A DNA stretch of 64,000 nt from Promethearchaeota archaeon (GCA_019058245.1 JAHPZJ010000030.1:171208-235207), one strand, 5' to 3'; shown: positions 1 through 10,332, numbered from the stretch's first letter. The notes: generated by a model from the letters alone, not told the origin. Numbers and translations: made by a program.

Positions 1-102
1 ACCTTTTTAATTATAGATATTCTAAATCTTAAAATAGATGATAATATTTTAAATCCTATATTTTGTGGATATTTAATGTTCTTGATAACGTTAATAATAT
101 AA

Positions 103-678
103 ATGTGTGAATATGTGTTTGGAATGAGTGAAATTCGAATAAGGCCTCCAGAAGAAGTTGCAAAGAGAGTAGTAGTATTATTAGGGATATTTCAAGCTGC
201 TACCGGTAGAGAAAAAAAAGAAATTATAGAAATTTTAAAGGGTAATAATTTATGGGAAAAAACTTCTGAGATTGAAAAAAAATTTTTGTTAAGTCATAGT
301 GAAGACACAAAATTCGAGGCCATACAATTTGGTTGGCGTTCTGAGACTGTTTTTATATTATTGTGGGCTCTTAAATTAGTTGAGCAAGAAGAAATCCCTG
401 TAGATGAGACAAATTTAGATTTGATTATTGATCTTTTGAAGGATAGTGAATATTACAAAAAAATAGATATAAAAAATGCTCAATTAAGAAATAGCGATGA
501 AATTTTAAGATTATTAGATCAAATTCAAATCATTAACTCGGAATTGAGAGATGCTTCAATTAATAACAAGAAACCACCATATAACTATCATCCTTCCATT
601 ATATACGAATGGAACTATGCTCTAAATTGGTTGGTAAGAATCAATGAAAGCTGGGACTATATAACGACAGATTCATAG
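103..678 (+). CDS. DUF4272-like hypothetical protein
   Basis: Motifs 'W R S E ... LLWALKLV', 'LRNSDEIL', 'E WNYALNWL ... WDYITTDS' resemble the DUF4272 family. Confidence 0.65.
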   Translation: MCEYVFGMSEIRIRPPEEVAKRVVVLLGIFQAATGREKKEIIEILKGNNLWEKTSEIEKKFLLSHSEDTKFEAIQFGWRSETVFILLWALKLVEQEEIPVDETNLDLIIDLLKDSEYYKKIDIKNAQLRNSDEILRLLDQIQIINSELRDASINNKKPPYNYHPSIIYEWNYALNWLVRINESWDYITTDS

Positions 679-896
679 AAAATTGAAATGAAATTATGTA
701 AGATTTTCAATAAAATAAAAAATTATGGGACTGTTATTTTAGTTTTTAATGAAAAATTCTAAATGAGGAAATTTAATGGCATTCCTAATATTAATACTCT
801 AACTTCAGAAATAGATGATTTAATGCTCTTAAATTAAGCATTTTTTCTCATTTATAAAGAATTTTTTTAATAATCAAGTAGGAATAAATCTCATCC

Positions 897-1847
897 TTAT
901 ATATTCTTTGTAAAATTTTTATGGAGATTGTTTTTTCCCACTATATAAATAATACTCAATATCATAATACTAAATATTAACAGCAAAAGGCCAAGATTTA
1001 TTCCAGGTATTCTTGGAGTTTCATCTTCACTATGTCTGTTTTCATTTCCACAAACCCAAAGCATCTCGTTAAATTCAAAATTAATAGCTTTTTCTGTAAT
1101 TGGTAAATTAGTTTGATTAATTTCACTGTAGAGATTAAAGTGCAAGTTATCTCCATAATCTAAACCTACTATCGCTTGATTACTAGATATACTAAGCACA
1201 TCTTTATATTGAAATTTGATATCACCAGCGCCAGAGTGAAAAAATAGAATTGCCTCAAAAGATCCTACATATGATGGTCTTGACTTATTATAGGTATATA
1301 CATCTTTATATTCAATTATTAAGCGATTCGGTGATGTAAAAAATTCATAATATACTGTTCCACCTCCTCCTAAACTCTCTGAAGTTGTTAAGTTATCTAC
1401 AAATAAAGCTATAGTAGGAGAAATATGAAAGTCTAATGAAGGTATATGCACGCTCATCGAAGTTATGTTTCTACTAGGAAACACCAAATAACCATTACTT
1501 ACTACAGTACAGCTGCTATAGTCTCTATCATATATTCTATAATCCCAAGGAAAGAGTAGACTTTGATAATTGAAAGACGTATCTGAGATTTTCTCTAAAA
1601 TTGTTCCTGTCTCATTAATCTCAATCCATGAATAAATAGCTTCAGTATCCATAAGATATCCCGCACCACATGAAGAAGAAGCGTTAATTTTTTCTTTTTC
1701 AATTAAAAACTCATCTTCAAATGATTTATTGATATAAAGTAAATATGAGAAATTAATTGAGAAAATCAGAAAAATAAATACTGTAAATATAATATTGTTT
1801 TTTTTCAAAGATATACCAAGAAATTTGAAATTATTATAATCTACCAA
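897..1847 (-). CDS. Exported beta-rich surface protein with C-terminal Loki-CTERM-like sorting signal
   Basis: N-terminal TM segment; extracellular domain (YSWIEI, SNGYLVF, FEAILF..GDIKFQY); C-terminal IPG + TM + basic tail. Confidence 0.6.
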   Translation of the reverse strand: MVDYNNFKFLGISLKKNNIIFTVFIFLIFSINFSYLLYINKSFEDEFLIEKEKINASSSCGAGYLMDTEAIYSWIEINETGTILEKISDTSFNYQSLLFPWDYRIYDRDYSSCTVVSNGYLVFPSRNITSMSVHIPSLDFHISPTIALFVDNLTTSESLGGGGTVYYEFFTSPNRLIIEYKDVYTYNKSRPSYVGSFEAILFFHSGAGDIKFQYKDVLSISSNQAIVGLDYGDNLHFNLYSEINQTNLPITEKAINFEFNEMLWVCGNENRHSEDETPRIPGINLGLLLLIFSIMILSIIYIVGKNNLHKNFTKNI

Positions 1848-2064
1848 TCAGATTTAGTATATAAATAAACCTTTTTTAAAAATTAAGTCAATAGTTTTTA
1901 TGTGTGAGTTATTTGCTATTGAATTTTGACAAGGATTAATTTTTAATTTTGAAAAGTATCTAAATGAGTTAAAAAAAATATTTTTGGCCTTTATTTTAAT
2001 ACAATAAAAATTTAAGTAATAACTATTTTATCTTTTAATGAAAGAATATACATGAGGAAATTTA

Positions 2065-2556
2065 ATGGCTCAATCAGAAGATGATAAAAATTTCTGTTGT
2101 CCCAAGTGCGGTAAAATTGGTACCATTACCTTTTTAAAAGCAAATGGGGATAAAATTATGGTAAAACAAAAATGTTCACAACATGGAATAAAAAGTTTTA
2201 AGGTGCCTCTATTACAAAAAGATAGTTTTATTCCTCATTTTCGCAAAGGAGTTTTTCGTTGCCCTGAATGTGGACAAAATACTATAGTGGAAAGCGCCAA
2301 AATGTCAGGACCTTGGATGATTGTAAAAAGTGCTTGTCCAACTCATGGTAATAATTTACCAGAACAAAGAATTTGGAGTACCTTATATGTTGATATTTCT
2401 AACTATACAGATATATTCAAGAAAGAAATTTCAAAAAAACAAACAGACCAACCCCAACCTACTCTTAGTGATGAAAAAAAGTTTTGTCCTAATTGCGGAA
2501 CACCACTAAAAGAAGGTGGTGAATTTTGTGATACATGCGGGGCTAAAATCGTTTAG
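2065..2556 (+). CDS. Multi zinc-ribbon protein (two CPxCG...CxxHG units plus C-terminal double zinc ribbon)
   Basis: CPKCG..CSQHG, CPECG..CPTHG, CPNCG..CDTCG. Confidence 0.75.
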   Translation: MAQSEDDKNFCCPKCGKIGTITFLKANGDKIMVKQKCSQHGIKSFKVPLLQKDSFIPHFRKGVFRCPECGQNTIVESAKMSGPWMIVKSACPTHGNNLPEQRIWSTLYVDISNYTDIFKKEISKKQTDQPQPTLSDEKKFCPNCGTPLKEGGEFCDTCGAKIV

Positions 2557-2666
2557 ATAAATAATTTTTATGTTCACCTTTCTTTTTTCAAAGTATAATA
2601 AGAATTATTCAAAACAAAAGATTGATATGATTTTTTACTTTCATTTCAAGGAATTAATATTTATCA

Positions 2667-5582
2667 TTAAAAAAACGCATCCATTTTTTTAATACCTTTT
2701 ATCTCTTCATATGTTATACCTAGAGCATCTAAAACCTGTTCTAACGCTGAAATTAGAAGATCTTTGTATTTTTTAGTATCTATATCTTGGAGTTTAGCTA
2801 AGTCAATAGCTTTTGTTCCAATTGATCCCTTACTTTTAATAAAACTTATGGTTTCTCCTTTTTGAAATTCTTTTCCAGTTGCCGCTTTTAATTCTAATGC
2901 TGCTCTTACATGTTGAGGAATAACTTTTGTATAACTCTTAAGATCTTTTTGCAAAGCAATGTTTATAACATAATCTTCTAACTTGAAAGCATCTGGTTTT
3001 CCTATCTTTTTTAGATTGTTCCTTACAATTTCTTTAATCCTATCTTTAGCTTTCAAAAATTCATCATTAGTGGTGATCTGCTTCAATATTTCGATCATTT
3101 CACTAAAAGCTTTTTTAATAAAGTTAGGTGTGTTTTTCTTCTTAGCAACAAGACCTTTTATATCTACATATTTAGTATTTTTATAAATTCCAATATAGTT
3201 TTTCTTTCTATCAGAAAGTGCAAGAAACTGATAGGTCTTTTCCTCTTCTAAGTCAAGATCTAATTCTTTTCTGCTCCATTCTGATATTATTTTCATCTGA
3301 TCATTAGTTGGATTTAAAAGAAAAACGCTATCAGTATCCCCATAGAGAACTTTCACACCTATATCTTCCGACTTCTTAATGGTTTGTTTTATTGAATATT
3401 GACCTATTGAAGTAGTACTTTCTGCAACAGGAAGACAAAATAGAGGAAAATTCTGAGAGCCAAAAACACCATAACTTCCATTAATAAAAACTTTAAGAGC
3501 TTGCTGAATCGTATGATAATAACTTCTTTGTTTTTCTGTTAAATTTTTATCGGTTGATTTGGGTTTAAAATATTTAACTCTGATATCTCTAAAAAAGCCT
3601 ACAACATAAGCAAAGATTCCCATTTTTTTAGTACATATATGATAAGGGGTTCCTTTTACAAGATTATCTTCATCTTCTTTATGAGGACATAATACTGTTT
3701 CGTATGATAAGTTATATTCTTTGATAATAGAAGGGTAAAGTGAAGCAAAATCCATCACTACGACGTCAAAATGAATTCCAGGAACAGGTGGGATAACATA
3801 AGCCCCTGCAAATGTTTTTCCTTCAATAACCGCTTTTGAATAGCCTCCAGTTTTTAATTCAGCGATTTCTGATCTACGAGGTATTAAATAATTTTTTCTT
3901 CTATGTTCAAAATAAAAAATATTTTGAATCCATGTTGATATTTGGCGCCTTACTGTTTCATGAATAGGCATTTTGGTAATTCGACATAATAATACAATTA
4001 AATTCCAGACAAGTGAGTTATTAAATTTTGTTAATTCTAATGTAAGTATTGAATCTTTTAAATTATACCACGTTAGAACATCATATTCCATTTCATGTAT
4101 TTCTTCTTCATGCGCATATTTCATTTCTCCCAATAATGCATCGCTAATCGCGTTTAATGAACTACTTTCATATGCACCTCCAAAAGCATATCCAGAAATA
4201 CTTCGATTAAAGAAAAAATTAAATAGGTCAATATGGATTCCCTTTCTCAAGTCACAATCAGATCTTGATAAGAACCCAAAACCTCTCTTAATATGGATAG
4301 GATTTAAATCTTTATCAATTTTCAATTTATTTGCTCTATGAAACATATAAGTTAGATCAAAATTATCTCCGTTGAAGGTAATAACTACAGGATATTCCCA
4401 TAATAAACGAAAAGTCTCTATTAATAATTCTTTTTCACTTTTAAAGAAAACTAATTTGGCGTCTGACGGAAATCTCTTATGTAGTCCATGAAAAAGGAAT
4501 CCTTCTCTTTCTAAAACATATACTAATTTTAATCCATCTGATGCTACAAAAGAAATGCTAATAATTGCTTGTTTTGCCTGACGAGGATCTGGGATAACAA
4601 AATCTTCTGATCCTAAATTTACTTCGATATCCATAGCTATCCGTTTTACATCTGGAATCGGTGTAAGAAATATATCTAAAAACTTTTCCGAAAACTCTTG
4701 AAGTTCTGACGATTCATTTTTGAACAGATTCCGTAATTCTTTTGCCATATTTTTAGATTCTTCTGAATCCTCTTCAAAACTCAACTTTTTGATTTGACCA
4801 CCTTCAATAGAATATATTAATCCAGGAATTAGTTGTCTATCGAAAATATAGTTCAAATGATATCTAATATCTGCTTCCCATGCTTTTTTATTGTTTTTAC
4901 TTAAAATATTTCTAATATTTGTACCAGAACCACCAATATCTGACGGTGTTTTACCATATATTTTTGTCATCGATATTTCTGTATCTTTTAGCAGATCAAT
5001 TCTCTTAATTTCTTCAAATCTAGTAAAACCTTCATAATCTGTTAATTCTATAATATTCTGTAAATCTGCTATTGATTCCTTACTTAAGCAATAAGGTTCA
5101 TGATCAGTAGTATCAATCCATATTCTTATATCATCAGTTTTAAGATCATAAAATTTACAGTATGCTTTATTTTGACTTCCATCATAATCAACATCAAGCA
5201 ATATACCTCTTTCCATATCTTCAACGATTTCTCCTTTTTCAATAAGATAACGAATATATTTTGAAGAAAAATTTTCTCTTAAAACTTTTGGTAATTTAAT
5301 ATTTCCTTCTTTTAAGCCAAATTGTTTGTCATTCCCTTCAAAAAATAAGTTTGAAGGAATCTCCTCTGAAATAGGCTCTAATTGAGGCTTTGATTCTTTA
5401 GCTTTATGTTCTTTTATAGCTTTCGGTTTATCTTTTGGGCTTTTTTCTGGAGTTTTATCAATTTTTGGTTTCTTTTCTGATTCTGACTTCTTTTTTTTCT
5501 TTTTTGTATCTTTATCATCAACAAATGAAAATAATGATGTTTGGGATTTATCATCGGGTTTCTTCTTTTTTGAAGGTGGCAT
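2667..5582 (-). CDS. polB1: Family B DNA polymerase, PolB1-type, with intact proofreading exonuclease motifs
   Basis: ExoI DIE, ExoII FNGDNFD, ExoIII YNLKD; Pol A DFASLYPS, Pol B K..INGSYG, Pol C YGDTDS, KKNY; N-terminal 'HEPYC' and 'WEADIRYH' typical of the archaeal PolB1 group. Confidence 0.92.
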   Translation of the reverse strand: MPPSKKKKPDDKSQTSLFSFVDDKDTKKKKKKSESEKKPKIDKTPEKSPKDKPKAIKEHKAKESKPQLEPISEEIPSNLFFEGNDKQFGLKEGNIKLPKVLRENFSSKYIRYLIEKGEIVEDMERGILLDVDYDGSQNKAYCKFYDLKTDDIRIWIDTTDHEPYCLSKESIADLQNIIELTDYEGFTRFEEIKRIDLLKDTEISMTKIYGKTPSDIGGSGTNIRNILSKNNKKAWEADIRYHLNYIFDRQLIPGLIYSIEGGQIKKLSFEEDSEESKNMAKELRNLFKNESSELQEFSEKFLDIFLTPIPDVKRIAMDIEVNLGSEDFVIPDPRQAKQAIISISFVASDGLKLVYVLEREGFLFHGLHKRFPSDAKLVFFKSEKELLIETFRLLWEYPVVITFNGDNFDLTYMFHRANKLKIDKDLNPIHIKRGFGFLSRSDCDLRKGIHIDLFNFFFNRSISGYAFGGAYESSSLNAISDALLGEMKYAHEEEIHEMEYDVLTWYNLKDSILTLELTKFNNSLVWNLIVLLCRITKMPIHETVRRQISTWIQNIFYFEHRRKNYLIPRRSEIAELKTGGYSKAVIEGKTFAGAYVIPPVPGIHFDVVVMDFASLYPSIIKEYNLSYETVLCPHKEDEDNLVKGTPYHICTKKMGIFAYVVGFFRDIRVKYFKPKSTDKNLTEKQRSYYHTIQQALKVFINGSYGVFGSQNFPLFCLPVAESTTSIGQYSIKQTIKKSEDIGVKVLYGDTDSVFLLNPTNDQMKIISEWSRKELDLDLEEEKTYQFLALSDRKKNYIGIYKNTKYVDIKGLVAKKKNTPNFIKKAFSEMIEILKQITTNDEFLKAKDRIKEIVRNNLKKIGKPDAFKLEDYVINIALQKDLKSYTKVIPQHVRAALELKAATGKEFQKGETISFIKSKGSIGTKAIDLAKLQDIDTKKYKDLLISALEQVLDALGITYEEIKGIKKMDAFF

Positions 5583-5748
5583 AACAAACCAATAAAGTAT
5601 AATATTTTAATTTCTAATATAAATAATTATTGTCTTATTTATTTTAATACTCTCTAATCATTCTTTAATATTTAATTTGAAACTCTGGAGTAAAGATACT
5701 CTGCAAAGAAAGAAGTTCTAGTAATTAGATAAATATAAAAATTCGATA

Positions 5749-6096
5749 CTAATTTCTATTACTTATGATATTCTTTATTTCTTCCAAAAGAAGGTGCTTT
5801 TCAGCGATATACCAATTTATCTGACTTCTACTAGGATTTTCATGATATATTATCTCAGCGACTTTCTTAATTTCATTTTTCGAAGGAGGAATTAGTTGCC
5901 CATTAACATCATCTCTTAATAATAAGATAAGATTATCTGTTTCTAATGGTTTAATATCAAATCCATCCTTGATGTTATTATTAATTGTCACGCAAAGTTC
6001 TGCGAGCCTCCAGACGCTTTTTTCAACGCTTTGGTTCTCTTTATAAATTTTGAATGCTAATTTTGTTACATCTTCTTTTGTAAACATTTTGTTCAT
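5749..6096 (-). CDS. Small protein with two DUF2934-like helical repeats
   Basis: 'EDVTKLAFKIYKEN...W RLAE' and 'NEIKKVAEIIYHEN...W YIAE'. Confidence 0.55.
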   Translation of the reverse strand: MNKMFTKEDVTKLAFKIYKENQSVEKSVWRLAELCVTINNNIKDGFDIKPLETDNLILLLRDDVNGQLIPPSKNEIKKVAEIIYHENPSRSQINWYIAEKHLLLEEIKNIISNRN

Positions 6097-6253
6097 TCAG
6101 AAACCTTATTTACACTAGAATTATTAATATGTTAATTAATCAACAAAAAGATAAATAACCTTTTAATTATTACGATTGGTTATTTCACTGGTCTAAAACC
6201 ACAAAATTAAAAATTTATAATAGTTTCATATAAAATAATAATTATTAAAAAAT

Positions 6254-6357
6254 GCCTCCGTGGCTTAGTGGTAGAGCAGCAGACAGGGGTTCATTATTCA
6301 ACCAACCCTGCATTTGTAATCTGCCGGTCGTGGGTTCAAGTCCCACCGGGGGCTCCA
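6254..6357 (+). tRNA. tRNA-Thr(UGU) with 29-nt non-canonical intron (6285-6313, position 32/33) and encoded CCA
   Basis: Acceptor GCCTCCG/CGGGGGC, D-arm GCTT/GAGC, anticodon stem GCAGA/TCTGC, T-arm GTGGG-TTCAAGT-CCCAC, U73 discriminator, CCA. Splicing gives loop C-T-TGT-A-A. BHB motif found at the junctions. Confidence 0.93.
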
Positions 6358-6472
6358 TTATTAGTTATTCAATTATAATTCGTCCTATTCTCGATTTACT
6401 AATTATTAATAGAACTGCACCTCTACCTATTCAGAAATAAAAATAAAAAAATAGTTTTTGGTTTGATTTATA

Positions 6473-7012
6473 TTAAATAACTATTATAACTGAAGATTCA
6501 AAATCAGTTGAAATCATACAATTTACTAATAAAAGACAGTTATAAATTTCTCCATCGCATTCTCTCAGAGTTTGAACAGTAACAGTATGAGATCCTGTGG
6601 ATAATGAATAATCCGCATATTGTAATGCTACTGAATAAATAAGAGAATTAGCAGAGGAACTTGTTGCTCCTACAGTAGTACTAGCATTATCATATGGAAC
6701 ACTATCAATTACTAGACGAAAATGCATATAAGCAACTGAACTAACTGGAACTACATCTGCTGTACATGTGAATAGAAAATATACGCTTTCTCCCTCTTTT
6801 ACATCAAAATTAATACTTATACCAGTGATGGTGTACCATGCATCTTCTGCTGTAGATGTGAAATCCGCTTCTCTAAAATCCGTATAGGTTCGCTTGACTG
6901 CTGAACTTGAATCTGAATCTGGACTGAATGTGATAAATGTGAAAACACCAAGACCTATTGCACCAACAGCTACTATTAAAGCAAGAATACCTATTCCTGA
7001 TCCTTTTCCCAT
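6473..7012 (-). CDS. Membrane-anchored hypothetical protein (N-terminal TM, Ser/Thr-rich beta domain)
   Basis: N-terminal hydrophobic helix, SDSDSSS linker, beta-strand-rich domain ending 'LSTGSHTVTV'. Confidence 0.6.
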   Translation of the reverse strand: MGKGSGIGILALIVAVGAIGLGVFTFITFSPDSDSSSAVKRTYTDFREADFTSTAEDAWYTITGISINFDVKEGESVYFLFTCTADVVPVSSVAYMHFRLVIDSVPYDNASTTVGATSSSANSLIYSVALQYADYSLSTGSHTVTVQTLRECDGEIYNCLLLVNCMISTDFESSVIIVI

Positions 7013-7305
7013 ATTAAATCCTTTCTTTTTATAATTAGATTCTATTTATCTAAAAAAAATTATTAGTTTAATGGTCATTTATAGATATAAATATAAGTAA
7101 TTTCACTAAACAAAATTGTAAAAAGTTTAAAAAAATTAAATAACAAATTATCCAAATTGATGCTGATGAATTCAGAATTCCTAAATTTGTTATTTACCTA
7201 ATTTTAAATCTAATAGATTAAGACAATTTAATTTAACTTAAATATTCTATTTATTATATTCGAAGAATAAATAAATATAACCTAAATTATGTATGATGAA
7301 GATTA

Positions 7306-8880
7306 ATGAATAAGATCAATAGGATTATTCTTTGTATCATTGATGATGTTAGGGCTGGGCATTTTTTTGATTTTATTAATAGGGGTTTACTTCCTAATAT
7401 AAAGAAATTGATGGAAAATGGAATTTATTCAGAGAATTGCATTACCGATTTTCCTCCTATTACCTATCCTACCCAAGTTTCGTTGTTAACGGGAACTTAC
7501 ACAGGTAATTATAAAAAGGAATTATGTCATGGGGTTCCTCTCCTTAATTGGATGGATCGTGACATAGTACCACCAATATTGCGAGAATATGCCGCTTTAG
7601 ATTTACAAATATATAAAATCAATGATGATATTGGAAATAACTGTCAAACAATTCTAGAAATGATTGGAGATGAGAATACAGCGAGTATCGCACAGTTTAT
7701 TAATAGAGGTTCCAATTATATTTTTCCTAATAGAAAAACGAAACTTGCAATGTTCTACCTTCTATTAAAATATTATCCTAGTGTTAAGAAAAGATTTATT
7801 AGAGCCAATTCTGTAATTGCCCAGAAATTAATTGAAGTTTTTAAAACACCAAAAAAATTCTTTGATAATGCAGAGCCTCCTATCGCTTCTTTGATATGGT
7901 TTATGTCCTCTGATCTCATAATGCATAAGTATGGATTCGATTCAAATATATATAAATTGAATTTACTTCACATTGATAAGGTTATTGGAGTTGTAATTAA
8001 AAGTTTAGAGAAAATGGGTTATTTGGAAGAGACAGCAATAGCAATTACTTCAGACCATGGAAATTATAAAGCTAAACAAAGAAGTAGTCTAAATGATTTT
8101 TTAAAACAAAATAGGTTAACCAATTATCATCCTCTCAAAAATTTAAAAGGGAATATGGATCTTGCTTATTATTCTGGAGTAGGTTTTTTTTATTTTAAAG
8201 GGAAGAACAATTCAAATAGTATAAATAAGTGGATTCGTCCTACTATTGAAGAACTTAAGAAGTATGGGCCCAAGAGTAAAAATCTATTGGAAGAACTTTT
8301 TAAAATTCAGGGAAGTCATTTAATGTATTATAGAGACGATAATAACACATATAATAAAGGAGTAATTCATCTTAAAAGAAAGATTGAATCTACAGGCAAA
8401 ATTATAACAGGAAGGATTGAATATGAAGGAAAAGGGATTGATTATAAAACACGTTATATTTTAGATAATGATAATAAGGATATATTTGATTTTATCAATG
8501 ATAAGCAAGCAAGTAAGTTATTAGATAATAAATTTCACTCACCTCAAGAATGGTTAGAAGCAACTTATCATTTGGATTACCCTATCTATCCCGATTTAAT
8601 ACCAAGACACTTTAAAAATCCTAGAAGTGCAGATATTATCCTTAGTAATAATGAATCTGTAAAATTTGGAATACATCATGGAAAGCATAAAAGCAAAAGC
8701 TTGTATGATCACGATATAGGTTTTCGAAAATGTATGGTTGTTCCTTTAATTATAGGTGGTTCGTTAGAAATTCCTCATGAGCACATTCAATATTGTAAAA
8801 TAACAGATATTGTTCCTACGTTATTAAAACTTATTGGAAAAAAACCTCACAACAGTGTAATTGGTTCAAGTTTAGTATAA
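7306..8880 (+). CDS. Alkaline phosphatase superfamily, nucleotide pyrophosphatase/phosphodiesterase-type
   Basis: 'ILCIIDD', nucleophile motif 'PPITYP', 'D LIMH', 'TSDHG', 'DH..G', 'ITDIVPT'. Confidence 0.85.
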   Translation: MNKINRIILCIIDDVRAGHFFDFINRGLLPNIKKLMENGIYSENCITDFPPITYPTQVSLLTGTYTGNYKKELCHGVPLLNWMDRDIVPPILREYAALDLQIYKINDDIGNNCQTILEMIGDENTASIAQFINRGSNYIFPNRKTKLAMFYLLLKYYPSVKKRFIRANSVIAQKLIEVFKTPKKFFDNAEPPIASLIWFMSSDLIMHKYGFDSNIYKLNLLHIDKVIGVVIKSLEKMGYLEETAIAITSDHGNYKAKQRSSLNDFLKQNRLTNYHPLKNLKGNMDLAYYSGVGFFYFKGKNNSNSINKWIRPTIEELKKYGPKSKNLLEELFKIQGSHLMYYRDDNNTYNKGVIHLKRKIESTGKIITGRIEYEGKGIDYKTRYILDNDNKDIFDFINDKQASKLLDNKFHSPQEWLEATYHLDYPIYPDLIPRHFKNPRSADIILSNNESVKFGIHHGKHKSKSLYDHDIGFRKCMVVPLIIGGSLEIPHEHIQYCKITDIVPTLLKLIGKKPHNSVIGSSLV

Positions 8881-8929
8881 ATTATTTAAAACTAAACCTT
8901 TACCTTCTTTTATTTAAAAATAGCATCTA

Positions 8930-8943
8930 TATAGAATATATAA
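8930..8943 (+). promoter_or_regulatory. Putative phosphate-regulon box copy (TATAGAATATATAA) upstream of the ABC operon
   Basis: 13/14 match to the TATAGAATATATAG found in the pstS and phoU-regulator promoters. Confidence 0.45.
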
Positions 8944-9063
8944 GATATATAGAGATGTTAGTCAGATTTTATTAAATAAATATAATAAATAGAAGATTAT
9001 ATTTTATCACAAACTATAATTTAATTTAGTTTTGATTCATTTACAAAAGAGTAAGGCAATTCT

Positions 9064-9162
9064 ATGGAAAGAAAACTACTATATATTATCGCTTTGTCAA
9101 TTGGTTTATTATGTGGTATAATTTTAGCTTTTATTGATCATTTTATTAGATCTTTCATATAG
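9064..9162 (+). CDS. 32-aa single-TM small protein (not in ORF track)
   Basis: MERKLLYIIALSIGLLCGIILAFIDHFIRSFI; purine-rich 'gagtaagg' upstream; first ORF of the ABC operon. Confidence 0.55.
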   Translation: MERKLLYIIALSIGLLCGIILAFIDHFIRSFI

Positions 9163-9189
9163 ATAAAATCTTATTAAAATCTGTTAATT

Positions 9190-10314
9190 ATGAAACACAC
9201 ACGTAAAGTAAAAAGAGATAGTAAATTTGGAGTTATTTCTGTATTTATAATAGGATTTCTAATAGGGACATTTTCTACTAATTTTGTACTTCAAAGCAGA
9301 GGGGAAAGAACACATATAACAATAATTTATAGTTCTGAAAAGGCAAGTTGGATGACAGTTGCTTATTCTGATTTTATGGATGAGTGGCAAAATATTCATC
9401 CTGATGAACCAATCAGTATTGATATGCATCCTTATGGCTCTTCAAATTCAATCATTAGTATTCTTAATAGAGAAATTTATCCTACTATATGGAGTCCTGC
9501 AAGTTCTCTTTGGATGCCATTTTTAAACTCTAAATGGGCAGATTTAACAAATAGAAACGATCCAATAGTAAATATTAGTGCAGCAGTTAAAATAATATAT
9601 TCTCCCATAGTAATTGCTACTTGGGAATCGTTTAATAATACCTATAATATTAAGGGATTTAATGATGTACATAATCTGACAATAGATCCAGATGTGAACA
9701 TTAGAATGGCTCACACGGATCCCCGTTTGTCAAATTCAGGATTTATGACGGTGATTATGGCATTATCAGCAGCCTCTGGTATCTCTTCGGAGAATTTATC
9801 AATGTCTGATCTACAAGATTTAACTAATCAAAAATGGCTCAGAGAATTTGAATCCAGCGCTGTGGTATATGGGACTTCTACTGGTTTCTTAGCGCGTTAT
9901 ATGAAAAATGAGGGACCAACTGCTTTAAATATTGCTTTTTTATATGAAAATTTAATAAGAGATATTTCCAGTACTGCTACAGGAGGAAAAATTATTGCTG
10001 TTTATCCAGAGGAAGGAACATTATATAGCGACCATCCTTTTTGTATATTAAATGCTGATTGGATAACTGATCAGCAGAGAGTCGTAGCTGAAGCATTCCT
10101 TAATTTTTTAAATGAGAATGAAACAGTTTATTCTGCAATGGAATATGGATTTAGACCAATTAATCCTTCAATTGCATTAGATCCTGAAGTTTTTAATTAT
10201 GAAACTAATGGAATTGCCTATGATCTTAATGTTCCTGAGTTACATATACCATTAGATGAACAAGTATTAATCAAAATCCCTGATTTATGGCAATTGTGTA
10301 AAGCTACAGCATAA
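9190..10314 (+). CDS. ABC transporter extracellular substrate-binding protein (type II periplasmic-binding fold)
   Basis: N-terminal TM anchor; 'SSEKA', 'PTIWSPASSLW', 'SPIVIA', 'TDPRLSNSG', 'YPEEGT..DHPF', 'YGFRP'. Confidence 0.8.
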   Translation: MKHTRKVKRDSKFGVISVFIIGFLIGTFSTNFVLQSRGERTHITIIYSSEKASWMTVAYSDFMDEWQNIHPDEPISIDMHPYGSSNSIISILNREIYPTIWSPASSLWMPFLNSKWADLTNRNDPIVNISAAVKIIYSPIVIATWESFNNTYNIKGFNDVHNLTIDPDVNIRMAHTDPRLSNSGFMTVIMALSAASGISSENLSMSDLQDLTNQKWLREFESSAVVYGTSTGFLARYMKNEGPTALNIAFLYENLIRDISSTATGGKIIAVYPEEGTLYSDHPFCILNADWITDQQRVVAEAFLNFLNENETVYSAMEYGFRPINPSIALDPEVFNYETNGIAYDLNVPELHIPLDEQVLIKIPDLWQLCKATA

Positions 10315-10332
10315 AAAGAAATAATAATTAAA

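Noticed and set aside
6283-6320. Alternative BHB register (ACAG/TTGT) or a tRNA-Tyr(GTA) reading
   Set aside because: That register leaves a 5-nt anticodon loop. The stem position fixes the anticodon as TGT, and U73 fits Thr
6340-6357. tRNA 3' end as an integration site
   Set aside because: No duplicated att sequence or integrase was noticed in the window
6252-6440. 62-aa ORF in the track
   Set aside because: It overlaps the tRNA-Thr gene and is a spurious translation
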